A stretch of 64,000 nt of DNA from Basidiobolus ranarum (Eukaryota), in assembly GCA_040143965.1 (NCBI GenBank), contig JASJQH010006880.1, forward strand, positions 1 to 64,000, written 5' to 3'. The translations under genes were made by a program, and so were the position numbers. Position 1 is the stretch's first letter; each line of letters begins with the position of its first letter. A model generated the notes under the pieces. That model worked only from the letters and a program-made list of their open reading frames with translations, was not told where the DNA came from and ran no database searches. Positions 53,491 to 64,000 of the stretch are shown piece by piece.

Positions 53491-55021
53491 AGTTTCGAAC
53501 CGATGCCTTCTACTTTTCGATGTGATTCACTGGTGAGTGTAAACTATCGATGGTACCACTAGTCATTCATATCAGACTACGCAGCCCACTTACGGATATA
53601 ACGAAACCGTTTCTTTTTATTCTTTCCATATCTCCCATGGCTTCACTAGATCCCACCACAAATTTATTTTCCTTTTTTACTTCACTTTCATTCACTTGTA
53701 CTCAAACTTGAAATCCCTCCTCCATCGTATTTCCTTTGTCAGTGATGTGGATGTTTACCTCTGATTTATGGTGACTTTTTCTTCCGACCCTAACCCTAAA
53801 TGCTGAGCCCTACTCATTGATACAAATAAACCCTAATACAGAATTTCCCCCATATTTAGGCTAATATCTGGATATAAATGGGATTATTTTAGTTTATATC
53901 GATGAGTTTTTATCCAATCAACTTGAGATATAATGGTCGATGATCTAATGATATCGGTGGATCTATGGCGCATTCGTAAATGTTTCAATTAATGAGGTAT
54001 AATGGAGTAATAGTAACGACAGAGGTCCTACTCTTGCTATTTTTAATATTGAAAGTGACTATATTCGGTGGAAATTATTAAACATCTCAACCATTATACA
54101 TTACATTGTGCATCATCATCTTATTCCTGAACCAAATGCTTTTTAATAAGTATCCCTTTGAACTCCAATCACATCCGAATCCCATGATATCTATATATAC
54201 AGAGTCTAGGGCTATTGTTAGTAAGTGCTTCATGAAGCTGGTGTGATGTTCTGTGCGTATCTCGAGATAATCGTTTCACACTTCACATAAATCTGGAATA
54301 TTAACAATAGCTAGCTTTATGCACATAGTTTTATGCACATACATACCCTTGTGGTCCTTTCATCATTGGTAAGAGTCACAGTAGGGTTTGATTAGAAGTG
54401 GTCCGTTTGAATGTATTTCTTAAGATCTTCTCTTTGTCCCGTCAATATCGGATTTATATTTATGTCAGCATTGGACCAAACAGGCCATGAAATGAGATTT
54501 GCAGCAGACTCAATTATTGATTTTTGGATTGTAATAATACTGGAATATTACTTCAAATCAATTGGAGCCCAGTTTAGGAGTAAAAATATAGCCCATATTG
54601 TTCACTTGATTGATAATTAGACCCTAATATCATTTCCAAGCACTTCAAAACTATCAAGAAATGTACAGGTTGACGAGGTGACTAGATGGGAACTGTCACA
54701 TGTGATCAAATAAGTTCATTTGTGATGTATTACTCTACTGTATGGAACCGTTACTTCTCCATTTGTTCAAGACTTCAAGAACTCAAGTTTTTTTTAATGT
54801 TCATCAACCATCTTTGCCAGCCTCCTTTACATCAACACAAAATTTGATGTTCGTTTAAAGATATATTTTCTCAATACATCTAGGGCATATATAGTGTATA
54901 CATTGTTTACTGGATCACAGAAATACTCAGTAAAGGAACGATGTGTATGATGGACTTGATATACTGATATCGAGAAGTTTGCACTTGATGCTTAGATACA
55001 TGCCAAGCAATCTGCTTTTGG

Positions 55022-55200
55022 TTGTTGATAATGACATAGCTTAAACATCTATATAGGCATATAGCTAGCTACCTAAACTTCACTATGATATTCTTCTATA
55101 TCTTCACTTGGAATTTACTAGAATTATTTTTATCAACTTGAAAGTTCTCAGATTATATAATTTTCTCAAACTTGTCCAAGAGACCTCTAACTTTGTACAC
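55022..55200 (-). repeat. Partial, more diverged inverted copy of the dispersed repeat
   Basis: ttgttgataatgacatagcttaaacatctatataggcatatagct...aaagttctcagat...aaacttgt...aactttgtacac aligns with the first ~180 nt of the copies at 61773 and 62241. Confidence 0.8.
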
Positions 55201-55202
55201 CC

Positions 55203-55530
55203 GATGTTAAAGTATTTGGGAGCCTGTTGGAAGTGGTTTGGAGAATTAGAGGAATTGGTGGTTTCACTTATTGATTTATTGAGTATTCAGTTGACATTTA
55301 TAGTTTTGTCAAGATGTAAACAAACTAACGTGTAGAATGTGTTAAGGAAGGTCCCAGGAACATGTGTGCAAAGTTTGGGGCTTCTAGCACAAGTTATCAG
55401 AATCTATATATCTGAGAACTTCTAAGTAAATTCCAATTGAGAAATATGGATAATATCTTAGTTCATTATAAGATAACTAAGTACTAAGCTATATATGACT
55501 ATATAGGTGTTTAGGCAATGCTAATTTCAA
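55203..55530 (+). repeat. Dispersed repeat, copy B
   Basis: Runs gatgttaaagtatttgggag...ggcaatgctaatttcaa. Matches 1-294 directly and 61773-62128 and 62241-62572 as reverse complement. Confidence 0.95.
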
Positions 55531-57266
55531 TACTGGGGCTGGTTAAGTAACCTATGCAGTGGAATGAACCAAGTAAGCCTGTCCTTATCAATCATTACAC
55601 CAGGGTTGTAGTGATGTGAGGGCATCAGTTAGCTAAGTGAGTCAGAAATTAGATATTGATGAAATTGTCAATGTCTGGAATTCTTAGAGAGGTATTAAAG
55701 AAATCAGGAATTTTCACTATTTCAATCGATAGAAAAACAGAATGTAGTTATATCCAGAACATTCAAGGGAGTACAATTTATCTTGTGGGGTTAATTTTAT
55801 GATTTAGAAATTGCAAGTCAACTCAGCTAATTCGGAGATATGCCGCATAAGAATAATATCTATTAGTTGTGATGATAGATTAGGGATATTAAAGTAATGT
55901 ATACTGTAAATAGTAAACTCTATACACTTCAATGTGCTGTAGTGGTAGTTTATTCAAAATTTAGGGTCAATAGTGAACTGAAGCATCTCTTCAGTTCAAG
56001 GATGCGTGTCAATTTAAAGCACTCAGATTTAGTGAGCTCATAAAGCTTGCACATTGGTTTTATTATATTCTTTCTAAATTTATACTTCAGTATAGAAGAA
56101 AGCAGTAAGATGAAGTATCAACTTACCCCTTACGCCACCTTTTATCTTCTAAATTATTGATATAGGCTAGTTGGCCATATTTTGCAATTATCGAACTCTG
56201 TTGATATACCATTATTTCAAAAATGACACAGTTGGCTTCAATTATGATCACCGAAAATCGATTAATCGATCAAGCTCATTTATCGCAAGCAATATCACCT
56301 GAAAGCACTGTATGTTATGCGTGTAACCGATCACACTTGCACTATCTTGATAAAGTTTTCGCATATATATAATACAGTATTGTTGACAATTAGATATCAA
56401 CATAGACAAATAATTGATTAATATGCAGCAATCTAGAGTGTCTAATCCATATTTCCAGTAACATTACCCAGGTCATTGAAGATGCCCTCTAGACTCCTTC
56501 GCAAAGATCACCTCGGTTCAATACTTGAAGTTCACACTACAGTGATGAATCGAATGTATCTCTAATGAAATTGTGTAGAAAAATTCCATGTAAATAAGAA
56601 TATTAGGTATTTTACGTAGATTTCTATCCCTTTCAGTAAATTATGTGGGTCAATTTTGAAGATAGACGAGGATATTTTAGAAAAGAGTAGGAATTGAGTA
56701 GGAATTGGGCTATCTGCACTGAGATCAGCCATAAATGGTGTTGTTGGGGAAGATAATGTAGACTGACGTATAAAGAGCAAATCAAGTAAGGTAGATCTTT
56801 GGAGAAGTTTGGATTCGGGACTCATGTCAACGTGGTGAAGTCTATATTTGGATGGGATGATCCCATTTGTATAACATTCCTTGATTACACCGAATGAAGG
56901 TGAAATTATCATTGATGTATGTTAATTATCTCTGGAATTGGGAACGCAGATTTAGAAAAAGGTTACCAAGAAATAATTGCCATGGCCTTGATATGGCAAC
57001 CTACACTTGCAATTACTATTGATTTGCTGAGTGATGTCTCGTTCAATATACAATAGGTGTTGTATCAACACTAACATACTAATAATGTTCAAGGTGCTTG
57101 AGGAATATGGTTTATTCGACCGCAGAAAGGTTAATATTAGAGGCAGGATGTAGTAAAATGAATAATGCTCAACATATGCGTCAAGTTAATTACAAAGGAG
57201 GTGTTTCTAAGGGACGAGATGGAAGTGGAATGCCACTGATTTCTAGGCAAACGATTGGCGATATCA

Positions 57267-58688
57267 CTATTGTTCAACCATAGCAGGGGATTCAGTTTCC
57301 TCAGGTACATGCCCGGTAATCTCTTCGATACTACGACCTTTGGTTTCGGGTAAGAAGAAGAGAACTCCAATGAAACCAACGATACAAGCAACAACGAAGA
57401 TCAAGAACACATAACCTTGCATAGCATTCTTGAGGGATGGGAAGAAGAAACCAACGATAAAGTTACCGAGCCAATTGAGACCAAGGGCACTGGAAGCTAC
57501 GGTGGAGACAGCTCTAGTGGGGATGAGTTCGGAAATGATCAAGAAAGGAATGGGTCCCATTCCCAATGCAAATGCAACAACGAATGCAAATAGACCGAGA
57601 ATGACGAGTCCAGAGTCATTGCATTGAATGCCAATAATCATAAGTACATTGAATGAAGCCATACCGGCAAGACTGATGAGAACGAGAAACTTTCTACCGA
57701 CACGATCAATCAAGAGAATAGTGACAATGGTGGAGAGCAAATTGATGGCACCAACTCCGACGGTAAGATACTGTGCGGTTTGGTTTCCGTAGATGGAGGT
57801 GAAAATAGAGGTGGAGTAGTACATAATGCCGTTGATACCACAAAGTTGCTGAATGATACAGAGGAACATGCACATGAAAGCATGCTTACGAGTTAATGGG
57901 TCGTTCATAATGAATCTGAAACCATCCATCATCGAGGTTTGCTCACCAGCGGCCTTAGCATGAGCACGAGCATCTATCATAGTTTGAAGTTCGCCGGAAA
58001 TATCCAAACCTTTACGAAGCTTGAGTAAAGATTTCTCGGCATCTTCAATACGATCCTTGGAAACATAGTAACGGGGAGTCTCAGTAATGAAAACTAAAGT
58101 GACCAACTGAAAGATAGCAATAGCACCAGTAAGAGCTAAGCACACACGCCATCCAGAAGGGCTAGATAAACCGAGACCAGCAGCTTGAGTGATTAACTGA
58201 CCGATGACACAAGTAAGTTGGGTCATAGCACCGTAGGCACCACGAACTCTAGTAGTGGATACCTCACCGATGTAGGTGGGAAGAACGACAGTTCCAAAGC
58301 CAGACCCAATACCAGTGAATAAACGACCAACAATCCACATACCCTTGTTCTTGGACAGACCAATGAGTAGAGCACCAATGATGAAGAAAATATTGTTGAA
58401 AATTAATGAGTTACGACGACCGAACTTTGCTTGGGCCCAACCAGCGGAAAGGCCTCCGATAGCACCACCGATGGAGAAACTACTGACAGCAAAACCCCAC
58501 ATCCAATCGCCCATGGTAAAGCAAGCAGGGAAACCATTGATTTTTTCATCAGGGTTATCGCAGGAGATAATAGAGGCTTGGACAATGTTGGTATCTGAAG
58601 TATTCCAACCGTTGTTGAAGGATACAAGACAAGCAATAGAGACGCATAAGACTGTGTAGAAAGAGAACCCAGCCTGAGACGAATCCAT
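57267..58688 (-). CDS. MFS sugar porter, GLUT/Vps73-like (intronless)
   Basis: FNNGWN, FGRR, GRLFTGIG, PTYIGEVS, ETPRY, QQLCGINGIMYYSTSIF, DRVGRK, GPIPFLIISEL, PETKGRSIEEI. Confidence 0.93.
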   Translation of the reverse strand: MDSSQAGFSFYTVLCVSIACLVSFNNGWNTSDTNIVQASIISCDNPDEKINGFPACFTMGDWMWGFAVSSFSIGGAIGGLSAGWAQAKFGRRNSLIFNNIFFIIGALLIGLSKNKGMWIVGRLFTGIGSGFGTVVLPTYIGEVSTTRVRGAYGAMTQLTCVIGQLITQAAGLGLSSPSGWRVCLALTGAIAIFQLVTLVFITETPRYYVSKDRIEDAEKSLLKLRKGLDISGELQTMIDARAHAKAAGEQTSMMDGFRFIMNDPLTRKHAFMCMFLCIIQQLCGINGIMYYSTSIFTSIYGNQTAQYLTVGVGAINLLSTIVTILLIDRVGRKFLVLISLAGMASFNVLMIIGIQCNDSGLVILGLFAFVVAFALGMGPIPFLIISELIPTRAVSTVASSALGLNWLGNFIVGFFFPSLKNAMQGYVFLIFVVACIVGFIGVLFFLPETKGRSIEEITGHVPEETESPAMVEQ

Positions 58689-61600
58689 CGACCCCTTATG
58701 TTCTTTTGTAGATTGGCCAATCATTAAATTATTGGGAGATATCAAGCGAGGCGATATGTATTAGCGGAGATATCGAAGGAGAGAGATGTTTAAAGTAGAC
58801 CTTGAGAGTGAATTGCAAAATATAATGGAGAAATATGCTGCTACAGATGCTATTTATACTCGGATTTGGGAATTATTTATACACGATTATGTGCTCTGTT
58901 AATAAACTGTTTTTGGAATTTATACTGTGACTATGATTGGATGATCGAACAGTCTACATTGTCGTGTCTGGACTATCTAGTTACCTTTAAGTCTTGTTTA
59001 GCTTTGCTTTACTCTAGTTGTTGATTTGCTTTTGCTAAGCTTTTATACATGTCTAGACTGAGCCATCTGGTCAATTCCGATCCATAGCTGCTGCAGAGGT
59101 AGTGTTCATACATCAAAGGGCTAACTGATAAACGCGTAGATGAAAATATACCAAATAATGATGGACACAGTTTTTGCGGGCAACTCTGGACAGGACAAGC
59201 ACCTGCTAACACTGATTAGTAACACCATCAGGTGAGTTGGAATACCCGGGTGGAATGCTCGGTGTTATAGGAGAGGCAAGAACCCATTTGTCGGGCTAAT
59301 TAAACTTAAAACGTTTGATTTACTTCCAACAACCAATGATTCTGCTTTGGTATTTCTGCAATTGTTAGTAACTTGGTGGAGGCCATTTAAAACCGCATGC
59401 ATGTTCAGAACTGATCATTTGGCAATACAAATTCAATATAAATAAAGCATCTAGAGCACTTCTAATTCTGGAGAAACCAATGGGTGTTGTTGCTTAATGC
59501 ACTTTAGCTGTCCTTTTTAGAAGCTCAGCAAATATTGGCCATTAAGTTTCAAGCTAATCTAGCTACAACGTTGATCGGGGTTACTGTCTTCAAAAAGGAG
59601 AATCCAGATACCCTTCTAGATCATGGTAGTTGCTTTTGTGTTAACAAAACAACTCATCCAATTCTACGGGAGATATCGGGGTAAGTTCAATCATTCATTG
59701 GTCTGACTTTTCTGGTTTTCTCATTTGCCTCTCTTGGATGACTAACATAATATCAGTAGTACTTTTGACAGGAAATAGCCCTAGTCTCCGTGCATCCAGT
59801 AAGTGCATCCTTTCAAAAGGTGGTTTATGTATATGATCAAAGTTGTCGTCAGAGGGGATATCTTGTCCAGCGATATCCCCAAATATCGCAATAGAAGGAT
59901 ACCCAGCGCCCTGGGGTTACAACAGAGGTCAATTATCCGTTACGGCTTTACTAATCCTGAATTCCGCTTTACTGCAGAGACGTCATGTGGACCTAGCTTT
60001 GGATGAGGAAGGAGGTAAAAATCAATGATTGGCTAGACTGATATTAGCTGTCAGAAGATGAAATAGGCAATTACGTCAATAAGGTGCTAACAAATGTTCG
60101 ACCTTTCCAAGCTTAACTCTGTTGCTCAGATTAGAAGCAATTATTCCTTAGAATGAACTATGAATCTGTTTTTGTAATAAGAATAATCTGCTCCGTTCAT
60201 ATCGATTTTAACGTAACTTACATGGAATGTGAAAAAGCCGGTATTGTGTGAAGCACAAGATTAATATCAGCTTTCGTGACACAAATCTACATATACGTTC
60301 ATGCCAATCAGTACCAGTGATCAATCTGTCACTGGAACAATCCAAGGATCCTTGAAATGGAAGAAGAGACTACATGGCGAGAGAGTACAGGAACTCTCAT
60401 GTTACAAATATTATCCCCACATCAGATATATACAAATTTAGTAAGCTGGTGTGTTACCTGGCGAAGTAGTGAAACGGTAAAAATCCTGACTGTCCAGTAA
60501 CCCTCGGTGGAATCTCCTAAAGATGGTATACTACAGTCTGGGTTACAAACGATCATTCTGCCAAAAACTTCTGTAGAACTTTTTGGTGACTCCAAAGGCT
60601 CTTCTTATCGTTACAAGTAAGTTGTATTATAGAATAATTAATGGAGTGAGTTCAATCAATTGATGTCAGTAGAAAGGAAGATCGTACTCCCATGACTTGT
60701 GTAAAATATTCTTAAAGAACAGGGGCTAAGTTTTGTCACTTGAGGTTCGATTGATACTGAAGAAAGAAACGTAATGAATTTACGTTACAAACCGCTGCAG
60801 GTATTCCTGAGGAATCGATGTTTACGAATACCAAACTTCAGCTAAAGCCTTTTTTATAGGAAGCTTAAATCAACATCATACGCAGGGCCGTAACTAAATA
60901 CTTTTGCTATCTTTATTGTAGACGAACTTGAGTTTCATTTCTTCATCACATACGCCTCAAAATATTGGTTATTCCAGTCGTTATAACCAATACTCTGCCA
61001 TTGTGCTAACAAAAGTGATATTGTTAAAAAAGGCGGTGTGACTCTATCAGTATTTCCAATGACTGATTTTAGAAAAAGTGCAGTAACATAGAGTAATTAA
61101 ATCTTGTTTGATTCATCCGAAGATAGGGTTTTTTGAATAAAAAGAGAGTTAACTTATGAAGTCAATGTAGTGAAGACTGTAAGGGAATCTCCAATCCAAC
61201 CATTAAATGATCCAGAAAGAATCCCCAACTTGCCTCACTTTTTATCTACTCCTCGACGACAATCTTGAATCCGTTAGATGACGGTACCACAAGTAATAGA
61301 CCGAGGAAACGATGCTAAAGTGCACATACATCGTCGAATACCTATTTATATACAAATCGAAGTAATGGGATCATTGGAAATCATTTTCATTACTAGTAAA
61401 AAATTTAAAACGACCATATGTAAAACATTTGGATCAAGAACACGGTTACCTACATGTATGTCCCAACTATTTGAACTTCTTACCACCAAGGTGTAACAAT
61501 ATTAACTATGAAATGCTAATATGAGGAGACAATACTCGTGCTCTAGTGATTGCAGATAAATAGCAACATGCTACGCGGCCAAAATTGTAGAAAAATTGCC

Positions 61601-61772
61601 TGGTAATTGCCACACAGGAATACTCAATCCTGGTTGTGTAGAGTGATTCAAAGGAAATATATGGTGCAATACTTCTCAAAGCAATTGCGAAGCTCGTTTC
61701 GCCAAAATATTTCATTGATATTCCTTGGCAGTATCTTGATTTACAGAAGCATTACTTCTCCCATTCACCTTT

Positions 61773-62128
61773 TTGTTGAAATTAGCATTGCCTAAACACC
61801 TATATAGTCATATATAGCTTAGTATTTAGTTATCCTATATTGAACTAAGATATCACCTATTGTTCTCAATCGGAACTTACTTGGAATATTTTTTACCAAC
61901 TTAGAAAAAAAAATTCTCAGATATATAGGTTTTTCAAACTTGTGCTAGAAGCCTCAAACTTTGCACTCATGTTCCTGGGACCTTCTTTAATACATTCTAC
62001 ACGTCATTTTGCTTACATCTTGACAAAACTATAAATGTCAACTTTCTAAATAAATCCTTAAGTGAAAACCATCAATTTCTCTGGTTCTCCAAACCACTTC
62101 CAACAGACTCCCAAAGTACTTCAACATC
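61773..62128 (-). repeat. Dispersed repeat, copy C
   Basis: ttgttgaaattagcattgcctaaacacctatatagtcatatatagcttag...ctcccaaagtacttcaacatc. Confidence 0.95.
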
Positions 62129-62240
62129 TTTCAGTGTGAGCATATATTTTACTTATTGCTCATAAAAAAATAACATTTTTTCCTGCCTAGTCTATATGAT
62201 ATTAATGTTGAAAATACTCCTCAAGCACTTTTACTATTTT

Positions 62241-62572
62241 TTGTTGAAATTAGCATGGTCTAAACATCTATATAGTCATATATAGCTTAGTATTTAGTTA
62301 TTCCATATTGAACTAAGGTATCACGAACTATTCTCAAGAGGAATTTACTTAAAAGTTCTCAAACATATTGATTTTTTGAACTTGTGCTAGAAGCCCTAAA
62401 CTTTGCACACATGTTCCTGAGACCTCTCTTAACATATTTTATACGTTTTTATGCTTACATCCTGAAGCAAAACTATAAATGTCAACTTTATGCGAATAAA
62501 TCAATAAGTGAAAACCACCAATTTCTATAGTTCTCCAAACCACTTCTAACAAACTCCCAAAATACTTTAACA
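62241..62572 (-). repeat. Dispersed repeat, copy D (direct repeat of C, 112 bp away)
   Basis: ttgttgaaattagcatggtctaaacatctatatagtcatatatagcttag...ctcccaaaatactttaaca. Confidence 0.95.
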
Positions 62573-63290
62573 GATAAAGGGTATGCACATGTACAGATAT
62601 CGCAAGTGGGTTGAAAGGTATATAATAGGGATTAGTAAACCGAATATTAATAACCGGTTGATGAGCGTTCAACAGTAGTAACAAACATTATCCCGTATAA
62701 ATATTGTCACAGTAAATATTTTAACAAAGAGGTCCATAACTGAACAAAGCTCAATTGTCAATGTAAACAGACTCTTTGGTGCTAGCCACACGTAGTTTTC
62801 TAACTTAACTGTACCTATCTACAATGTATATAGTAGTAGATCACCAAGTTTATGATTTTGATGTGAAGGAATTTCCGCCTATTTATTTCCCCATATGACG
62901 TAATTTCCGCATTGCATGATCTTAGTCCATTTATAAACTCCAATATTTTATTACGTCGTATCTTGTGGTTTTACTCCTGAAATACATTATGCATATGTTT
63001 ATACCAAATAAAAAGAAAGTGATTACTTTGAAACAACCAAACTCTCGGATAATTCTTTAAAAGTATAGTAACGACATGAAGAGTAAGTGTACTCATCATA
63101 AATGTAATTGAATTTCAAGAGATAACTGTAGATATGATAGTCACACTCTTTAGTGTTATCCTTCCTAGTTTACAACTTTAGTGAATCCAGAGATTCGGAT
63201 GCTCTAACTCACGTGATGAAGAAATTGAAGCCATCATTACTAAATAAATAAGTATAAATAGATGAATAATCTAAACGGATTAGTAGCTAG

Positions 63291-63340
63291 TCCTAGAAAT
63301 TACTAGAAATAGCTAGAAATAACTAGAATCAGCTACAAAT
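63291..63340 (+). repeat. 10-bp tandem repeat (nnCTAGAAAT) x5
   Basis: tcctagaaat tactagaaat agctagaaat aactagaatc agctacaaat. Confidence 0.85.
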
Positions 63341-63426
63341 TAAATTAATAATCGTAATAATTTCTCATAAATACTAGATTTTTTCTGATGAATTGAATAT
63401 TATTTTACAATCTACTAATAATCACA

Positions 63427-64000
63427 ATGACTACCGCTACTTTCATCCCATTTTATACTCACTCTTCTCCTTTCGAGCTATTTCCCTGGTATCCAACGCA
63501 CAAGCGTAAAGCTTGTCAGTCACTCTACCCTGATATAAGCCCGCTCTTTGATCGAAATCAACCAGATGAATTCTACCCTTCCAAACGAAGAGCGGTTCAC
63601 CCTACCACTTACAGACAGCACACAGTAGATCCACAGTATTATTGTGGCTTATCACCTGATGAATACTATACTCAGTCTATAACAGATTATTCAAGTGAAA
63701 GTGAACAAGAACAACAATTCGATTCAAAAGATGACTTGGAGTCCGAATTTTCACATCCTTTCGTTTCCGAAAAAACGACTTCAAACCCCATACCAAAACC
63801 AGACTCAGAGTCAGATGTCAAAAGCCCTAAATCACGCCATAATAAGAAATCTCGTCGCCGGAATACTCCTAAGATAGATTCTGATAAAAAAGAAAATCGC
63901 AAGCATAAATCAACCAAAACTTCCAAGGTGGCCAAGCGGAAACAACGAACTTCATCGGCTAAAAAAAGAAAACTTCAAGCTCATAGGCTAAATGAAGCAG
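63427..64000 (+). CDS. Hypothetical protein, 3' truncated by the window end
   Basis: Stop-free frame of 191 codons from ACAATG: MTTATFIPFYTHSSPFELFPWYP..., then an acidic block and a Lys/Arg-rich block (AKKRKL). Not in the ORF track because no stop codon falls in the window. Confidence 0.6.
   Translation, partial: MTTATFIPFYTHSSPFELFPWYPTHKRKACQSLYPDISPLFDRNQPDEFYPSKRRAVHPTTYRQHTVDPQYYCGLSPDEYYTQSITDYSSESEQEQQFDSKDDLESEFSHPFVSEKTTSNPIPKPDSESDVKSPKSRHNKKSRRRNTPKIDSDKKENRKHKSTKTSKVAKRKQRTSSAKKRKLQAHRLNEA

Noticed and set aside
54445-54530. Minus-strand peptide WPVWSNADININPIL loosely resembling the Tc1 motif WPxxSPDLNPIE
   Set aside because: Weak match with wrong spacing and no other DDE motifs recognisable.
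56562-56912. 116-aa minus-strand ORF
   Set aside because: No recognisable domain or convincing splice continuation; cannot be supported as a gene.
59800-59890. Possible hammerhead ribozyme (minus-strand stem followed by CTGACGA and a later GAAA)
   Set aside because: Stems II and III do not pair around the core motifs.

Overview
Gene-dense, AT-rich eukaryotic DNA with many short introns (about 50-90 nt). Gene content and architecture point to an early-diverging fungus; Zoopagomycota/Mucoromycota-like is my inference. I can support 24 complete protein-coding genes and one ORF truncated by the window end. In order: UDP-sugar transporter, ribosomal protein P1, EF-hand/coiled-coil/tail-anchored KASH-like protein, Rom2-type RhoGEF, Cms1, proteasome alpha-1, 2-hydroxyacyl-CoA lyase, Sec2, Qcr7, DDB1, a divergent AP-4 beta-like adaptin, RPS6, a ZCCHC9-like zinc knuckle protein, CLIP-170, an AA11-like LPMO, a PPR protein, a 7TM-RGS fusion, a C2H2 factor, a PY-motif membrane protein, Sec1, two convergent Pcl-type cyclins, a four-TM protein and a GLUT-like sugar porter. 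A non-coding dispersed repeat of about 330-355 bp occurs in four long copies plus one partial inverted copy. The most notable signals are the AP-4 beta-like gene, the KASH/dynein-adaptor candidate, an LPMO with Gln in place of the usual Glu, the repeat family, and recurrent double telomere-repeat boxes in intergenic DNA. I recognised no tRNA, rRNA or CRISPR. All family calls are from motif recognition by eye, and exon boundaries were read manually.
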